A program made the position numbers and the translations under genes. From Malacoraja senta (lineage: Eukaryota), in NCBI GenBank assembly GCA_038087875.1, contig JAXLNO010000051.1:372001-436000 (forward strand): 64,000 nt of DNA, in the 5' to 3' direction. The notes beneath the pieces were generated by a model that did no database searches, had not been told where the DNA came from, and saw nothing but the letters and a program-made list of their open reading frames with translations. Below are positions 11,830-25,477 of the stretch, in pieces; the first letter of the stretch is position 1; each line of letters begins with the position of its first letter.

Positions 11830-12430
11830 TGAATTTGCCTTGGTGCTCCGCCCGCAAGTCGAACTCGAACTCGAACTCGAATTCGATCTCCAACTCGAGT
11901 TCGAGTTCGAGATCGTGTTCGAGATAGAGTACGAGTTCGAGTGCGAATTCGAGGTCGAGATCGAGATCGAGTTCGAGATAGAGTTCGAGTTTGAGTTCGA
12001 GAGAGAGTTCGAGTTGAAGGAATGCATTAATGAATGGATGATTAATTTTATTGACCATGTATTCACATACAAGGAATTAGCCTTGGTGTTCCGCCCGGGT
12101 TCGAGATAGAGTACGAGTTCGAGTGCGAGTTCAAGTGCATGATAGAGTTCGAGTTAGAATTCGAGTTCAAGTTGGAGTTGAAGTTGGAGTTCAAGTTCAA
12201 GTTCGAACTGGAGTTCGACTTAAATGAATGAATGAATGAATGAATGAATGAATGAATGAATGAATGAATACGTTGATTTGTCAAGTACTCACATGCAAGG
12301 AATTTGCCTTGGTGCTCCGCCCGTAACTCGACCTCCAACTCGAGTTCGAGATCGAATTCGAGTTCGAGTTCGAGATAGATTTCGAGTTCCAGTTCGAGAT
12401 CGAGTTCGCGTTCGAGATAGTTCGAGATAG

Positions 12431-15427
12431 AAACATACATAGAAACATAGAAACATAGCAAATAGGTGCAGGAGTAGGCCATTCGGCCCTTCTAGCCTGC
12501 ACCGCCATTCAATATGATCATGGCTGATCATGCAACTCAGTATCCTGTACCAGCCTTCTCTCCATACCTCCTGATACCTTTAGCCACAAGGGCTACATCT
12601 AATTCTCTCTTAAATATAGCCAATGAACTGGCCTCAACTACCTTCTGTGGCAGAGAATTCCACAGATTCACCACTCTCTGTGTGAAAAATGTTTTTCTCA
12701 TCTCGGTCCTAAAAGAGTTCACACTTATCCTTAAACTGTGACCCCTTGTTCTGGACTTCCCCAACATCGGGAACAATCTTCCTGCATCTAGCCTGTCCAA
12801 CCCCTTAATAATTTTGTAAGTTTCTCTAAGACCCCACCTCAATCTTCTAAATTCTAGCGAGTGCAAGCCAAGTCTATCCAGTCTTTCTTCATATGAAAGT
12901 CCTGACATCCCAGGAATCAGTCTGGGGAACCTTCTCTGTACTCCCTCTATGGCAAGAATGTCTTTCCTCAGATTAGGAGACCAAAACTGTACGCAATACT
13001 CCAGGTGTGGTCTCACCAAGACCCTGTACAACTGCAGTAGAACCTCCCTGCTCCTATACTCAAATCCTTTTGATATGAATGCTAACATACCATTCGCTTT
13101 CTTCACTGCCTGCTGCACCTGCATGCCTACTTTCAATGACTGGTGTATCATGTCACCCAGGTCTCGTTGCATCTCCCCTTTTCCTAATCGGCCACCATTC
13201 AGATAATAGTCTACCATCCTGTTTTGCCACCAAAGTTGATAACCTCACATTTATCCACATGATACTGCATCTGCCATGCATTTGCCCACTCACCCAACCT
13301 ATCCAAGTCACCGTGCAGCCTCCTAGCATCCTCCTCACAGCTAACACTGCCCCCCAGTTTCGTGTCATCCGCAAACTTGGAGATGTTGCATTGAATTCCC
13401 TCGTCCAAATCATTAATATATATTGTAAATAGCTGGGGTCCCAGCACTGAGCCTTGCGGTACACCACTGGTCACTGACTGCCATTCTGAAAAGGACCCGT
13501 TTACTCCTACTCTTTGCTTCCTTTCTGCCAGCCAGTTCTCTATCCACATCAATACTGAACACCCAATACAGTTTGCTTTAAGTTTGTATACTAATCTCTT
13601 ATGTGGGACCTTGTCGAAAGCCTTCTGAAAGTCCAGATATAACACATCCACTGGTTCTCCCTTATCCACTCTACTAGTTACATCCTCGAAAAATTCTATA
13701 ACATTCGTCAAACATGATTTCCCTTTCATAAATCCACGCTGACTTTGTCCAATGACTTTGTCCACCGATGCTAGACTAACTGGTCTGTAATTCTCCGTTT
13801 TCTCTCTCCATCCCTTTTTTTAAAATGGGGTTACATTAGCTACCCTCCAATCCTCAGGAACTACTCCAGAATTTAAGAGATTTGAAAAATTATCACTAAT
13901 GCATCCACTATTTCTGTGGCTACTTCCTTAAGTACTCTGGGATGCAGCCTATCTGGCCCTGGGGATTTATCGGCCTTTACTCCATTCAATTTACCTAACA
14001 CCACTTCCCGGCTAACCTGGATTTCACTCAGTTCCTCCATCTCATTTGACCCCCGGTCCCCTGCTATTTCCGGCAGATTATTTATGTCTTCCTCAGTGAA
14101 GCCAGAACCAAAGTAGTTATTCAATTGGTCTGCCATGTCCTTGTTCCCCATGATCAATTCGCCTGTTTCTGACTGCAAGGTACCTACATTTGTTTTAACT
14201 AATCTTTTTCTCTTCACATATCTATAAAACTTTTGCAGTCAGTTTTTATGTTGCCTGCCAGTTTTCTTTCAAAATCTATTTTACCTTTCCTAATTAAGCC
14301 CTTTGTCCTCCTCTGCAGGACTCTGAATTTCTCCCATTCCTCTGGTAGGCTTCTTTTTCTGGCTAATTTGTATGCTTCATCTTTTGTTTTGATACAATCC
14401 CTGATTTCCCTTGTTATCCACGGATGCACTACCTTCCCTGATTTATTATTTTTCCAAACTGGGATGAACAATTGTTGTAGTTCATCCATGCAGCCTTTAA
14501 ATGCCTTCCATTGCATATCCGCCGTCAACCCTTTAAGAATAAATTGCCAGTCTATCTTGGCCAATTCACGTCTCATACCCTCAAAGTTATCTTTCTTTAA
14601 GTTCAGAACCCTTGTTTCTGAATTAACTATGCCACTCACCATCCTCATGAAGAACTCAACAATATTATGGTCACTCTTGCCCAAGGGGCCACGCACAACA
14701 AGACTGCTACCTAACCCTTCCTCATTACTCAATACCCAGTCTAGAATAGCCTGCTCTCTCGTTGGTTCCTCTACATGTTGGTTTAGAAAACTATCCCGCA
14801 TAGATTCCAAGAAATCCTCTTCCTCAGCACCCCTGCCAATTTGATTCACCCAATCTATATGTAGATTGAAGTCTCCCATTATAACTGTTTTACCTTTGTT
14901 GCACGCATTTCTAATTTCCTGTTTGATGCCATCCCCAACTCCATTACTACTGTTAGGTTGCCTGTACACAACTCCCACTAGCGTTTTCTGCCCCTTAGTG
15001 TTTCGCAGCTCTACCCATATCGATTCCACACCCTCCAAGCTAATGTCCTTCCTTTCTATTGCGTTAATCTCCTCTCTAACCAGCAACGCTACCCCACCTC
15101 CTTTTCCTTTCTGTCTATCCCTCCTGAATATTGAATATCCCTGGATGTTCAGCTCCCAGCCTTGGCCACCCTGTAGCCATGTCTCCGTGATCCCAACTAC
15201 ATGATAATCATTAATAGCTATCTGCACAATCAACTCATCCACCTTATTACGAATGCTCCTTGCATTAATACAAAGCCTTCAGGCTTGTTTTTACAACACT
15301 CTTACCCCTTATACAATTATGTTGAAAAGTGGCCCTTTTTGATTTTTGCCCTGGATTTGTCTGCCTGCCACTTTTACTTTTCACCTTGCTACCTGTTGCT
15401 TCTACCCTCATTTTACACCCCTACACA
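12431..15427 (-). mobile_element. CR1 LINE, 5'-truncated and internally deleted, inserted in the hexamer array
   Basis: ORFs 14214..15242 (ITETW, MGDFN, SDHN), 13873..14217, 13211..13765 (PQGSVLGP, FADD), 12537..13217 (RPHLEYC); (TTTCTATG)n tail at 12428-12458. Confidence 0.9.
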
Positions 15428-17267
15428 TAGAGTTCGAGATAAAGTTCGAGTTCGAGATAGATTTCGAGTTCGAGATAGAGGTCGAGGTCGAGATAGTTCG
15501 TTCGAATTCGAGTTTTAGCTAGAGATAGATCGAGTTCAAGATAGTTCGAGTTCGAGATCAAGATAAAGTTCGAGTTCGAGATCGAGATAGAGTTCGAGAT
15601 AGTTCGAGTTCGAGAGAGAGTTCGAGATAGTTCGAGATAGAGTTCGAGTTCGAGAGATAGTTATTCAAGATAGAGTTCGAGTTCAAGTTCGAATTCGAGT
15701 TCGAGATCGAGATAGAGTTCGAGTTTGAGTTCGAGAGCGAGTTCGAGTTCGAGTTGACTGAATGCATGAATGAATGAATGAATGAATGAATGAATGAATG
15801 AATGACTGAATGAATGAATGAATGAATGAACGAATACGTTTTTTGGGCATGTATTCACATAAAAGGAATTTGCCTTGGTGCTCCGCCCGCACGTCGAGCT
15901 CGAACTCGAGTTCGAGATCTAGTTCGAGATACAGTACGAGTTCAAGTGCGAGTTCGAGTTCGAGATATAGTTCGAGTTCGAATTCGAGTTCAAGTTGAGC
16001 TCCAGTTCGAGTTAAGTGAACGAATGAACGTATGAATGAATGAATGAATACGTTTATTGGCCAAGTATTCACATACAAGGAATTTGCCTTGGTGCTCCGC
16101 CCTTAAATTGAACTCCAACTCGAGTTCGAGTTCGAGTTCGAGTTCGAGATAGATAGTGTTCGAGTTCGAGATAGAGTTCCTGATAGAGGTCGTGTTAGTT
16201 TTCGAGTTCAAGTTGGAGTTGGAGTTGGAGTTCGAGATAGAGTTCGAGTTCGAGATAGAGTTCGAGTTCGAGTGAGAGTTCGAGATATAGTTCGAGTTCG
16301 AGATTGAGTTCGAGTTGGAGTTCGAGTTCCAGTTCAAGATTGAGTTCGAGTTCGAGATCGAGTACGTTCGAGTTTGGGAGAGAGTTCTAGATAGTGTTAG
16401 AGTTCGAATTCGAGTTCGAGATCGAGATCGAGACCGAGATCGAGTTCGAGTTCTAGAGAGAGTTCGAGATAGAGTTCGAGTTCGAGGTAGACTTCGAGTT
16501 CGAGATAGAGTTCGAGTTCGAGATAAATTTCGATAGAGTTCGAGATAAAGTTCGATAGAGTTCGAGATAAAGTACGATAGAGATCGAGTTCACGTTCAGG
16601 TTCGAGCTCGAGTTAGAGTTGAATGAATGAATAATGAATAGGAATTTGCCTTTGTATTCGAGATAGAGAATGCGTTCGAATTCACGTTCGAGATAGAGTT
16701 CGAGATAGAGTTCGAGTTCGAGATAGAGTTCGAGTTCGAGATAGAGTTCGAGTTCGTTCGATTTGTAGTTGGAGTTCGATTTCGAGTTAGAGTTTGATTC
16801 CGAGATGGAGTTCGAGTTCGAGATTGAGATCGTTCGAATTCGAGTTTTAGCTCGAGATAGTTCGAGTTCGAAATAGAGTTCGAGTTCGAGATATAGTTCG
16901 AGTTCGAGAGAGAGTTTGAGATAGAGTTCGAGGTGGAGTTAGTTCGAGATAGTTCGAGTTATAGTTCGAGTTCAAGTTCGAGCTCGAGTTGAATGAATCA
17001 AAGAATGTATAAGTTTATTGTCCAAGTATTCACATACAAGATTTTTGCCGAGTTCGAGATAGATTTGGAGTTTGAGATAGAGCTCGAGGTCGAGAGTTCG
17101 AGTTTGAATTCGAGTTTTAGCTAGAGATAGTTCAAGATCGAGTCCGCGTTCGAGATAGTTCGAGATAGAGTTCGAGACAGAGTTCGAGTTCGAGAGAGAG
17201 TTCGAGATAGTTCCAGTTTGAGATAAGTGTTCGTGTTCGAGATAGATTACGAGTTCGAGTTCGAGTT

Positions 17268-17268
17268 T

Positions 17269-17303
<35 letters not shown>

Positions 17304-17791
17304 TTCCGAACAAGTAAAGACATTAAAGACATTGATATTAACAAAATCGAAATTATCAAACAATTGAACATTGCAATCAACATTTACAAATGAGAAGAAC
17401 AAAATCAAGGTTCCAATGTCCAACTCAGAGTCTGTACAAGCTCGAAAAGGAGTGAGAAGAAGAATAACTTATTAAATCTCACCCCTTTTCCCCAACACTT
17501 CTATCGTATTTAAAAATCAATTCCTTACTAATAATAGTACTGCCCTAGGCAATTTCCCATAATACATACAGACACATATATACATACAACTATTATGTAC
17601 ATACAATCTTCATATTTGAAGTACCCAACATCAGTGAACAATAGTAAACAAGATAAACATCAACAATAGTAACAAGATAAACATCAACGATTGTAAACAA
17701 GATAAACATCAACCCCCACTTGTCAACCATCCCCTCCATCCCTGTACCCCTTGAGAATTATTTTTTTATATATCATTTTAAAATGATTCAT
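17268..17791 (-). mobile_element. L2/Crack-like LINE 3' end with (TAAA)n tail
   Basis: Reverse strand ends NHFKMIYKKIILKGYRDGGDG*, then a 3' UTR and (TAAA)n; absent from the duplicate block near 20840. Confidence 0.6.
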
Positions 17792-19293
17792 GTTTTAGTT
17801 AGAGAGAGAGAGTTCGAGATAGAGTTCGAGTTGGAATTCGAGTTCGAGTTCGAGATATAGTTCGAGTTCGATTTCAAGTTCGAGCTCGAGTTCGAGTTGA
17901 ATGAATGAATAAGTTCATTGGCAAAGTATTCACATACAATGAGTTTGCCTTGGTGCTCCGCACGTGTCGAAATCAAACTCGAGTTCGAGATCGATTTCGA
18001 GTTCGAGTTCGAGATAGATTTCGAGTTCGAGATAAAGTTCGAGTTCAAGATAGTTCGAGTTCCAGTTCGAGATCGAGTTCGAGATCGAGTTCTCGTTCGA
18101 GATAGATCGAGATAGATTTCGAGTTCCAGAAAGAGTTCGAGATAGTTCGAGACAGAGTAAGTTCGAGTTTTAGAGAGAGAGTTCGATATAGAGTTCGAAT
18201 TCGAGTTAGAGTTAGAGTTCAAGATTGAATTAGATTTCAAATTCGAATTCGAGATCGAGATCGAGTTCGAGATAGAGTTCGAGTTTGAGTTCGAGAGAGA
18301 GTTCGAGGTGATTGAATGCATGCATGAATGAATAAGTTTATTGGCCATGTATTCACATACAAGGAATTTGCCTTGGTGCTCCGCCCGCCAGTCGAACTCG
18401 AACTCGAGTTTGAGGGAGTTCGAGATAAGATTACGATTTCGAGTTCGAGTTCGAGATAGAGATAGAGTTCGAGTTCGAGATAGAGTTCGTGATAGAGTTC
18501 GAGTTAGAGTTCGAGTTCAAGTTGGAGTTGGAGTTCGAGATAGAGTTCGAGTTCGAGTTCGAGTTCAAGTTCGAGCTCGAGTTCGAGTTAAATGAATGAA
18601 TGAATGAATTGATGAATACGTTTATTGGCCATGTATTCACATACAAGTAATTTGCTTTGGTGCTCCGCCCGTAACTCGAACTCCAACTCGAGTTCGAGAT
18701 CGAATTTGAGTTCGAGTTCGAGATAGATTTCGAATTCGAGATAGAGCTCGTTCAAGATAGAATTCGAGTTCGAGATCGAGTTCGCGTTAGAGATAGTTCG
18801 AGATAGAGTTCGAGATAGAGTTCGCGTTCGAGTTCAAGTTCGAGCTCGAGTACGAGTTAAATGAATGAATGAATGAAGGAATGAATGAATGAATGAATGA
18901 ATGAATGAATGAATGAATGAATGAATACGTTTATTGGCCAAGTATTCACATACAAGGAATTTGACGGTGCTCCGCCCGTAATTCGAACTCCAACTCGAGT
19001 TCGAGATCAAATTCGAGTTCGAGTTAGAGATAGAGTTCGAGTTCGAGATATATTTCGAGGCCGAGATATAGTTCGAGTTCGAGTTCGAGTACGAGTCCGA
19101 GATCGAGTTGTAGATCGAGTTCGAGTTCGAGTTCGACTTCGAGATAGAGCTCGAGTTCGAATTCGAGTTCGAAATCCAGTTCGAGTCCGAACTATCGAGT
19201 TCGTGATAGTTCGAGTTCGAGATAGAGTTCGAGTTCGTGATAGAGTTCGAGTTCAATTTCGAGTTGGAGTTGGAGTTGGAGTTCGAGAGAGAG

Positions 19294-19351
<58 letters not shown>

Positions 19352-22302
19352 AGGGAGATAGAGTACGAGTTCGAATTCGAGATCGAGATAGAGTTCGAAT
19401 TCGAATTCGACCCAGATAGAGTTGGAGTTCGTGTTCTGGAGAGATTTCGACATCGAGTTCGAGCGAGTTAGAGTTCGAGATAGTGTTCGAGGTCGAGATA
19501 GAGTTCCTGAAAGAGTTCGAGATAGAGTTCGAGTTCAAGTTCGAGTTGGAATTGGTGTTGGAGTTCGAGATAGTTCGAGTTCGAGATAGGTTGAGTTCGA
19601 GATAGAGTTCGAGCTCGAGATATAGTTCGAGTTCGAGTTCGAGTACGTTCGAGATCTAGTTCGAGATCGAGTTCGAATTCGAGTTCCAGAGAGAGTACGA
19701 GTTCGTTCGAATTCGAGTACGTTCGAGATCGAGTTCGAGATCGAGGTCGAGATCGAGTTCGAGAGAGAGTTCGAGTTCGCGTTAGAGATAGTTCGAGTTC
19801 GTTCGAATTCGAGTACGTTCGAGATCGAGTTCGAGAAAGAGTTCGAGATAAAGTTCGATAGAGATCGAGTTCGCGTTCAGGTTCGAGCTCGAGTTAGAGT
19901 TGAATGAATGAATAATGAATAGGAATTTGCCTTGGTATTCGAGATAGAGAATGAGTTTGAATTCACGTTCGAGATAGAGTTCGAGATAGAGTTCGAGTTC
20001 GAGATAGAGTTCGAGTTCGAGATAGTTCGAGTTCGTTCGATTTGTAGTTGGAGTTCGATTTCGAGTTAGTTTAATTCCGAGATAGAGTTCGAGTTCGAGA
20101 TTGAGATCGTTCGAATTCGAGTTTTAGCTCGAGATAGTTCGAGTTCGAAATAGAGTTCGAGTTCGAGATATAGTTCGAGTTCGAGAGAGAGTTTGAGATA
20201 GAGTTCGAGGTGGAGTTAGTTCGAGATCGTTCGAGTTATAGTTCGAGGTCAAGTTCGAGCTCGAGTTGAATGAATGAAAGAATGTATAAGTTTATTGTCC
20301 AAGTATTCACATACAAGATTTTTGCCTTGGTGCTCCGGCCGAAAGTCACACCCGAAATCGAGTTCGAGATAGAGTTCGAGTTCGAGATCGAGTTCGAGTC
20401 TCGAGTTCGAGTTCGAGTTTGTTCGAGTTCGAGTTCGAGTTCGAGTTCGAGTTCGAGTTCGAGTTCGAGCTCGCATTCGAGTTGAATGAATGAATGAATG
20501 AATGGATGAATGAATGAATGAATGAATGAATAAGTATATTGGCCAAGTATTCACATACAGGAATTTGCCTTGGTGTTTCGCCCGTAAGTCGAAATCCAAC
20601 TCGAGTTAGAGATCGAATTCGAGCTCGAGTTCGAGATAGATTTCGAGTTTGAAATAGAGCTCGAGGTCGAGAGTTCGAGTTTGAATTCGAGTTTTAGCTA
20701 GAGATAGTTCAAGATCGAGTCCGCGTTCGAGATAGTTCGAGATAGAGTTCGAGACAGAGTTCGAGTTCGAGACAGAGTTCGAGATAGTTCGAGTTTGAGA
20801 TAAGAGTTCGTGTTCGAGATAGAGTACGTTCGAGTTCGAGTTTTAGTTAGAGAGAGAGAGTTCGAGATAGAGTTCGAGTTGGAATTCGAGTTCGAGTTCG
20901 AGATATAGTTCGAGTTCGATTTCAAGTTCGAGCTCGAGTTCGAGTTGAATGAATGAATAAGTTAATTGGCAAAGTATTCACATACAAGGAGTTTGCCTTG
21001 GTGCTCCGTACGTGTCGAAATCCAACTCGAGTTCGAGATAGATTTCGAGTTCGAGTTCGAGATAGATTTCGAGTTCGAAATAAAGTTCGAGTTCAAAATA
21101 GTTCGAGTTCCAGTTCGAGATCGAGTTTGAGATCGAGTTATCGTTCGAGATAGATCGAGATAGAGTTCGAGTTCGAGAAAGAGTTCGAGATAGTTCGAGA
21201 CAGAGTAAGTTCGAGTTTTAGAGAGAAAGTTCGATATAGAGTTCGAATTCGAGTTAGTGTTAGAGTTCAAGATTGAATTAGAGTTCAAGTTCGAATTCGA
21301 GATCGAGATCGAGTTCGAGATAGAGTTCGAGTTTGAGTTCGAGAGAGAGTTCGAGTTGACTGAATGCATGCATGAATGAATACGTTTATTGGCCATGTAT
21401 TCACATACAAGGAATTTGCCTTGGTGCTCCGCCCGCCAGTCGAACTAGAACTCGAGTTTGAGATGGAGTTCGAGATAAGATTACGATTTCGAATTCGAGT
21501 TCGAGATAGAGATAGAGTTCGAGTTCGAGATAGTTCGTGATAGAGTTCGAGTTAGAGTTCGAGTTCAAGTTGGAGTTGGAGTTCAAGATAGAGTTCGAGT
21601 TCAAGTTCGAGCTCGAGTTCGAGTTAAATGAATGAGTGAATGAATTGATGAATACGTTTATTGGCCATGTATTCACATACAAGGAATTTGCCTTGGTGCT
21701 CCGCCCGTAACTCGAACTCCAACTCGAGTTCGAGAACGAATTTGAGTTCGAGTTCGAGATAGATTTCGAGTTCGAGATAGAGTTCGTTCAAGATAGAATT
21801 CGAGTTCGAGATCGAGTTCGCGTTAGAGATAGTTCGCGATAGAGTTCGAGATAGAGTTCGCGTTCGAGTTCAAGTTCGAGCTCGAGTACGAGTTAAATGA
21901 ATGAATGAATGAATGAATGAATGAATGAATGAATAAGTTTATTGGCCAAGTATTCACATACAAGGAATTTGACGGTGCTCCGCCCGTAATTCGAACTCCA
22001 ACTCGAGTTCGAGATCAAATTCGAGTTCGAGTTAGAGATAGAGTTCGAGTTCGAGATGTATTTCGTGGCCGAGGTATAGTTCGAGCTCGAGTTCGAGTAC
22101 GAGTCCGAGATCGAGTTGTAGATCGAGTTCGAGTTCGAGTTCGACTTCGAGATAGAGCTCGAGTTCGAATTCGAGTTCGAAATCCAGTTCGAGTCCGAGA
22201 TCGAGTTAGCGTTCGATTGAGAGTTCGTGATAGTTCGAGTTCGAGATAGAGTTCGAGTTCGTGATAGAGTTCGAGTTCAATTTCGAGTTGGAGTTGGAGT
22301 TC

Positions 22303-22363
<61 letters not shown>

Positions 22364-22373
22364 GAGAGAGGGA

Positions 22374-22412
<39 letters not shown>

Positions 22413-22422
22413 GAGAGAGGGA

Positions 22423-22480
<58 letters not shown>

Positions 22481-22500
22481 GTGAGAGAGAGAGAGAGAGA

Positions 22501-22538
<38 letters not shown>

Positions 22539-23840
22539 TAGAGTACGAGTTCGAATTCGAATTCGAGATAGAGTTCGAATTCGAATTCGACTTCGAGATA
22601 GAGTTGGAGTTCGAGTTCTGGAGAGAATTAGACATCGAGTTCGAGCGAGTTAGAGTTCGAGATAGTGTTCGAGGTCGAGATAGAGTTCCTGAAAGAGTTC
22701 GAGATAGAGTTCGAGATCAAGTTCGAGTTGGAATTGGTGTTGGAGTTCGAGATAGTTCGATTTCGAGATAGGTTGAGTTCGAGATAGAGTTCGAGCTCGA
22801 GATATAGTTCGAGTTCGAGTTCGAGTACGTTCGAGATCGAGTTCGAGATCGAGTTCGATATCGAGTTCGAGAGAGAGTTCGAGTTCGTTCGAATTCGAGT
22901 ATGTTCGAGATCGAGTTCGAGATCGAGTTCGAGATCGAGTTCGAGAGAGAGTTCGAGTTCGCGTTAGAGATAGTTCGAGATAGTTCGATATCGAGTTCGA
23001 GAGAGAGTTCGAGATAGTTCGAGTTCGAGTTCAAGTTCGAATTCGAGTGCGAGTTCGAGAGCAAGTTCGAGAGAGAATTCGAGTTCGAGATAGAATGCGA
23101 GTTCGAGTTCGAGTTCAAGTTCGAGATCGAGTTCGAGATCGAGTTCGATTTCGAGAGAAAGTTCGAGAGAGAGTTCGAGTTCGAGATAGTTCGAGTTCGA
23201 GTTGAAGTTCGAGTTCGAGCTCGAGCTCGAGTTCGAGTTGAATGAATGAATGAATGAATGAATGAATGAATACATTTTATGGCCAAGTATTCACATACAA
23301 GGAATTTGCCTTGGTGGTCCGCCAGCAAGTCGAACTCCAACTCGAGTTCGAGATAGAGTACGAGTTTGAGTTCGAGTTCGAGGTCAAGTTCGAGTTGGAA
23401 TTGGAGTTGGAGTTCGAGATAGTGTTCGTGTTCGACTGAGTTCGATATATAGTTCGAGATCAAGTTCCAGATCCGAGTTCGAGTTGGAGAGGGAGTTCGA
23501 GATTGATTCGAGATAGATTTCGAGTTCGAGATAGATTTCGAGTTCGAGATAGAGTTCGAGTTCGAGATAGAGATAGAGTTCGAGTTCGAATTCGAGTTCG
23601 AGCTCGAGTTGAATGAATGAATAAATGAATGAATACGTTTATTGGTCAAATATTCACATACAAGGAATTTGCCTTGGTGCTCCGCCCGCAAGTCCAACTC
23701 GAACTCGAGTTCGAGATAGAGTTCGAGTTCAAGTTCGAGTTCGAGATAGAGGTCGAGTTCTAGATCGAGTTCGCGATAGAGTTCGAGTTCGAGTTGAATG
23801 AATGAATGAATGAATACGAGTACGAGTGCGAGTTCGAGTT

Positions 23841-23877
<37 letters not shown>

Positions 23878-23886
23878 GTTCGAGAT

Positions 23887-24079
23887 TGTTGATTTGTAGT
23901 CCTTATAATAACAATGGCCTTACACCATGTCAGGTTATATAGAGTTTATTGGTTACAAGCACTACAACTTCTCACTTAGGAGTTCAATTTAAGACTAACG
24001 GAATGCAGCAGACCGTGACGCTAACAAGCTAGTGGGCGTAACTACAAATGCAAGACATAGCATGAGCCACGAATCTACA
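23887..24079 (-). mobile_element. Gypsy 3' LTR (193 bp) with polypurine tract
   Basis: Reverse strand: TAAGAGGGGGA (24090-24080), then TGTAGA...AATAAA...CAACA. Confidence 0.8.
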
Positions 24080-25388
24080 TCCCCCTCTTAAAGAATCAAT
24101 AACGATGTATATCCATAACTAAGCAAAGCAAATATCACAACCGATGACAGACTGGTGGAAAGTGAAACATAGTTCGGATACATCACGACCGGCCTGCAAA
24201 CACGACCGGGACGTGTATGATAGAGGCTATCTCCATTATTTTTCGCTGGGGAAAGAGCAGGCGATGTCACAGCCGTGGGGGAGTGGACAAACGTCCCTGG
24301 AGTCGAAGCAGGAGAATGTGGCGCAGGCGAAGATGGAACAGACAGAGGAACTGTCGCAGGCATGGATTGTTGTGCTGGCAAGAGCATGCGGGGGTCACTA
24401 GATGCAGATTGAAATGACTTGTACGATTCGGATAATAAGGAGGAGGGATTGACTCGTTCACAGGCAGAAGATGCTGTCTGTTGCGTCGGTAGGTGCCGCC
24501 ATCGGCTCTAACAATGTACCAGCGTGGCTCCGAAGCGGGACCAGAAACCACCCTCATACGGTCATGGCCTTTGTCAGTCTGTAAGAGGACCACCTACCCT
24601 TTGGTCAATGGTGGCAGTGGCTTACTCGTCTTGTCGAACCATTTCTTTTGAATGTCACGCTTTTGCTGCAACCTGGATTGAACCTCCTTTGGCGGAAACA
24701 CATGTGGGGTTAATGTGTGCTCCGCTACGGCAGCGTGGTACGGGTCTGCCTCTACAATAATCGTTGAGTAGATGAACCCAGGGCAGGTTCACGCGAAATG
24801 TTGCGTAAGTTGAGTAAATCCAGGGAGACGTCAGAGCGAATATGAGAGCGTTCCATAAGTTGATTTGAACTTCTGACAGCCCGTTCAGCCAGCCCGTTAG
24901 ACTGTGGATATGCAGGGCTTCTGGTGATGTGGTGGAAATTCCAGCGTCTGGCAAACTCTCTGAATTGTTGGCTGGTAAACTGACTGCCATTGTCAGTCAG
25001 CAACTTGCCTGGAGATCTGTGGATGGAAAAATGACGAGATAGTTTCGAAATCACACCACTGGTTGTGGGGCTGCTGAGAAAATCAATGTCGAACCATCCT
25101 GAATACGAATCCACGAGCACCAGGTACTGCTTGCCGTGCCATTCAAATAAATCAGCTGCCACTGTCGACCATGGGAGCGCAGAGATAGGATGTGGCAGAA
25201 ATGGTTGCTTTTGTTGATGAGGCGCCAGGCTATTGCACAGAGCATAAGCTGCTACATTATCGTTGATGTATTCGGCCATGCTAGGCCAGTAAAACATGCT
25301 TTTCCGCCGTGAAACAGTGGCTTCATCACCTGGGAGTCCTACACGGGCATCGTCAAAATAACGGTGATGCAGCGAAACAGGAACATGG

Positions 25389-25477
25389 CGTTTCGGGTCG
25401 AAACCTTTCAGACGCACTCTGAAGAATGGTCACGGCACGAAACGCCACTCATTCCTTCTCTCCAGAGATGCTGCCTG
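25389..25477. mobile_element. Decayed Penelope-associated terminal repeat fragment with back-to-back hammerhead-like cores
   Basis: CGTTTCGGGTCGAAACCTTTCAG followed by CTGAAGA...CGAAACG...TCTCCAGAGATGCTGCCTG. Confidence 0.5.

Larger units (their letters stand above)
11830..23886. repeat. Complex CpG-rich (GAGTTC/GAGATA)n array with about 20 interspersed ~55-bp boxes and (GAAT)n runs
   Basis: Hexamer periodicity throughout; recurring (GAAT)n-ACGTTTATTGGCCAAGTATTCACATACAAGGAATTTGCCTTGGTGCTCCGCCCG; (GA)n tracts near 19285, 22305 and 23845. Confidence 0.92.

Noticed and set aside
11621..23697. ORFs rich in ELEL, SNSN or RVRD
   Set aside because: Translations of (GAGTTC)n, which has no stops; no coding evidence
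11830..23886. CRISPR-like pattern of constant boxes with variable spacers
   Set aside because: Spacers are low-complexity hexamers of very uneven length, boxes carry AATAAA and tails, no cas genes, eukaryotic context
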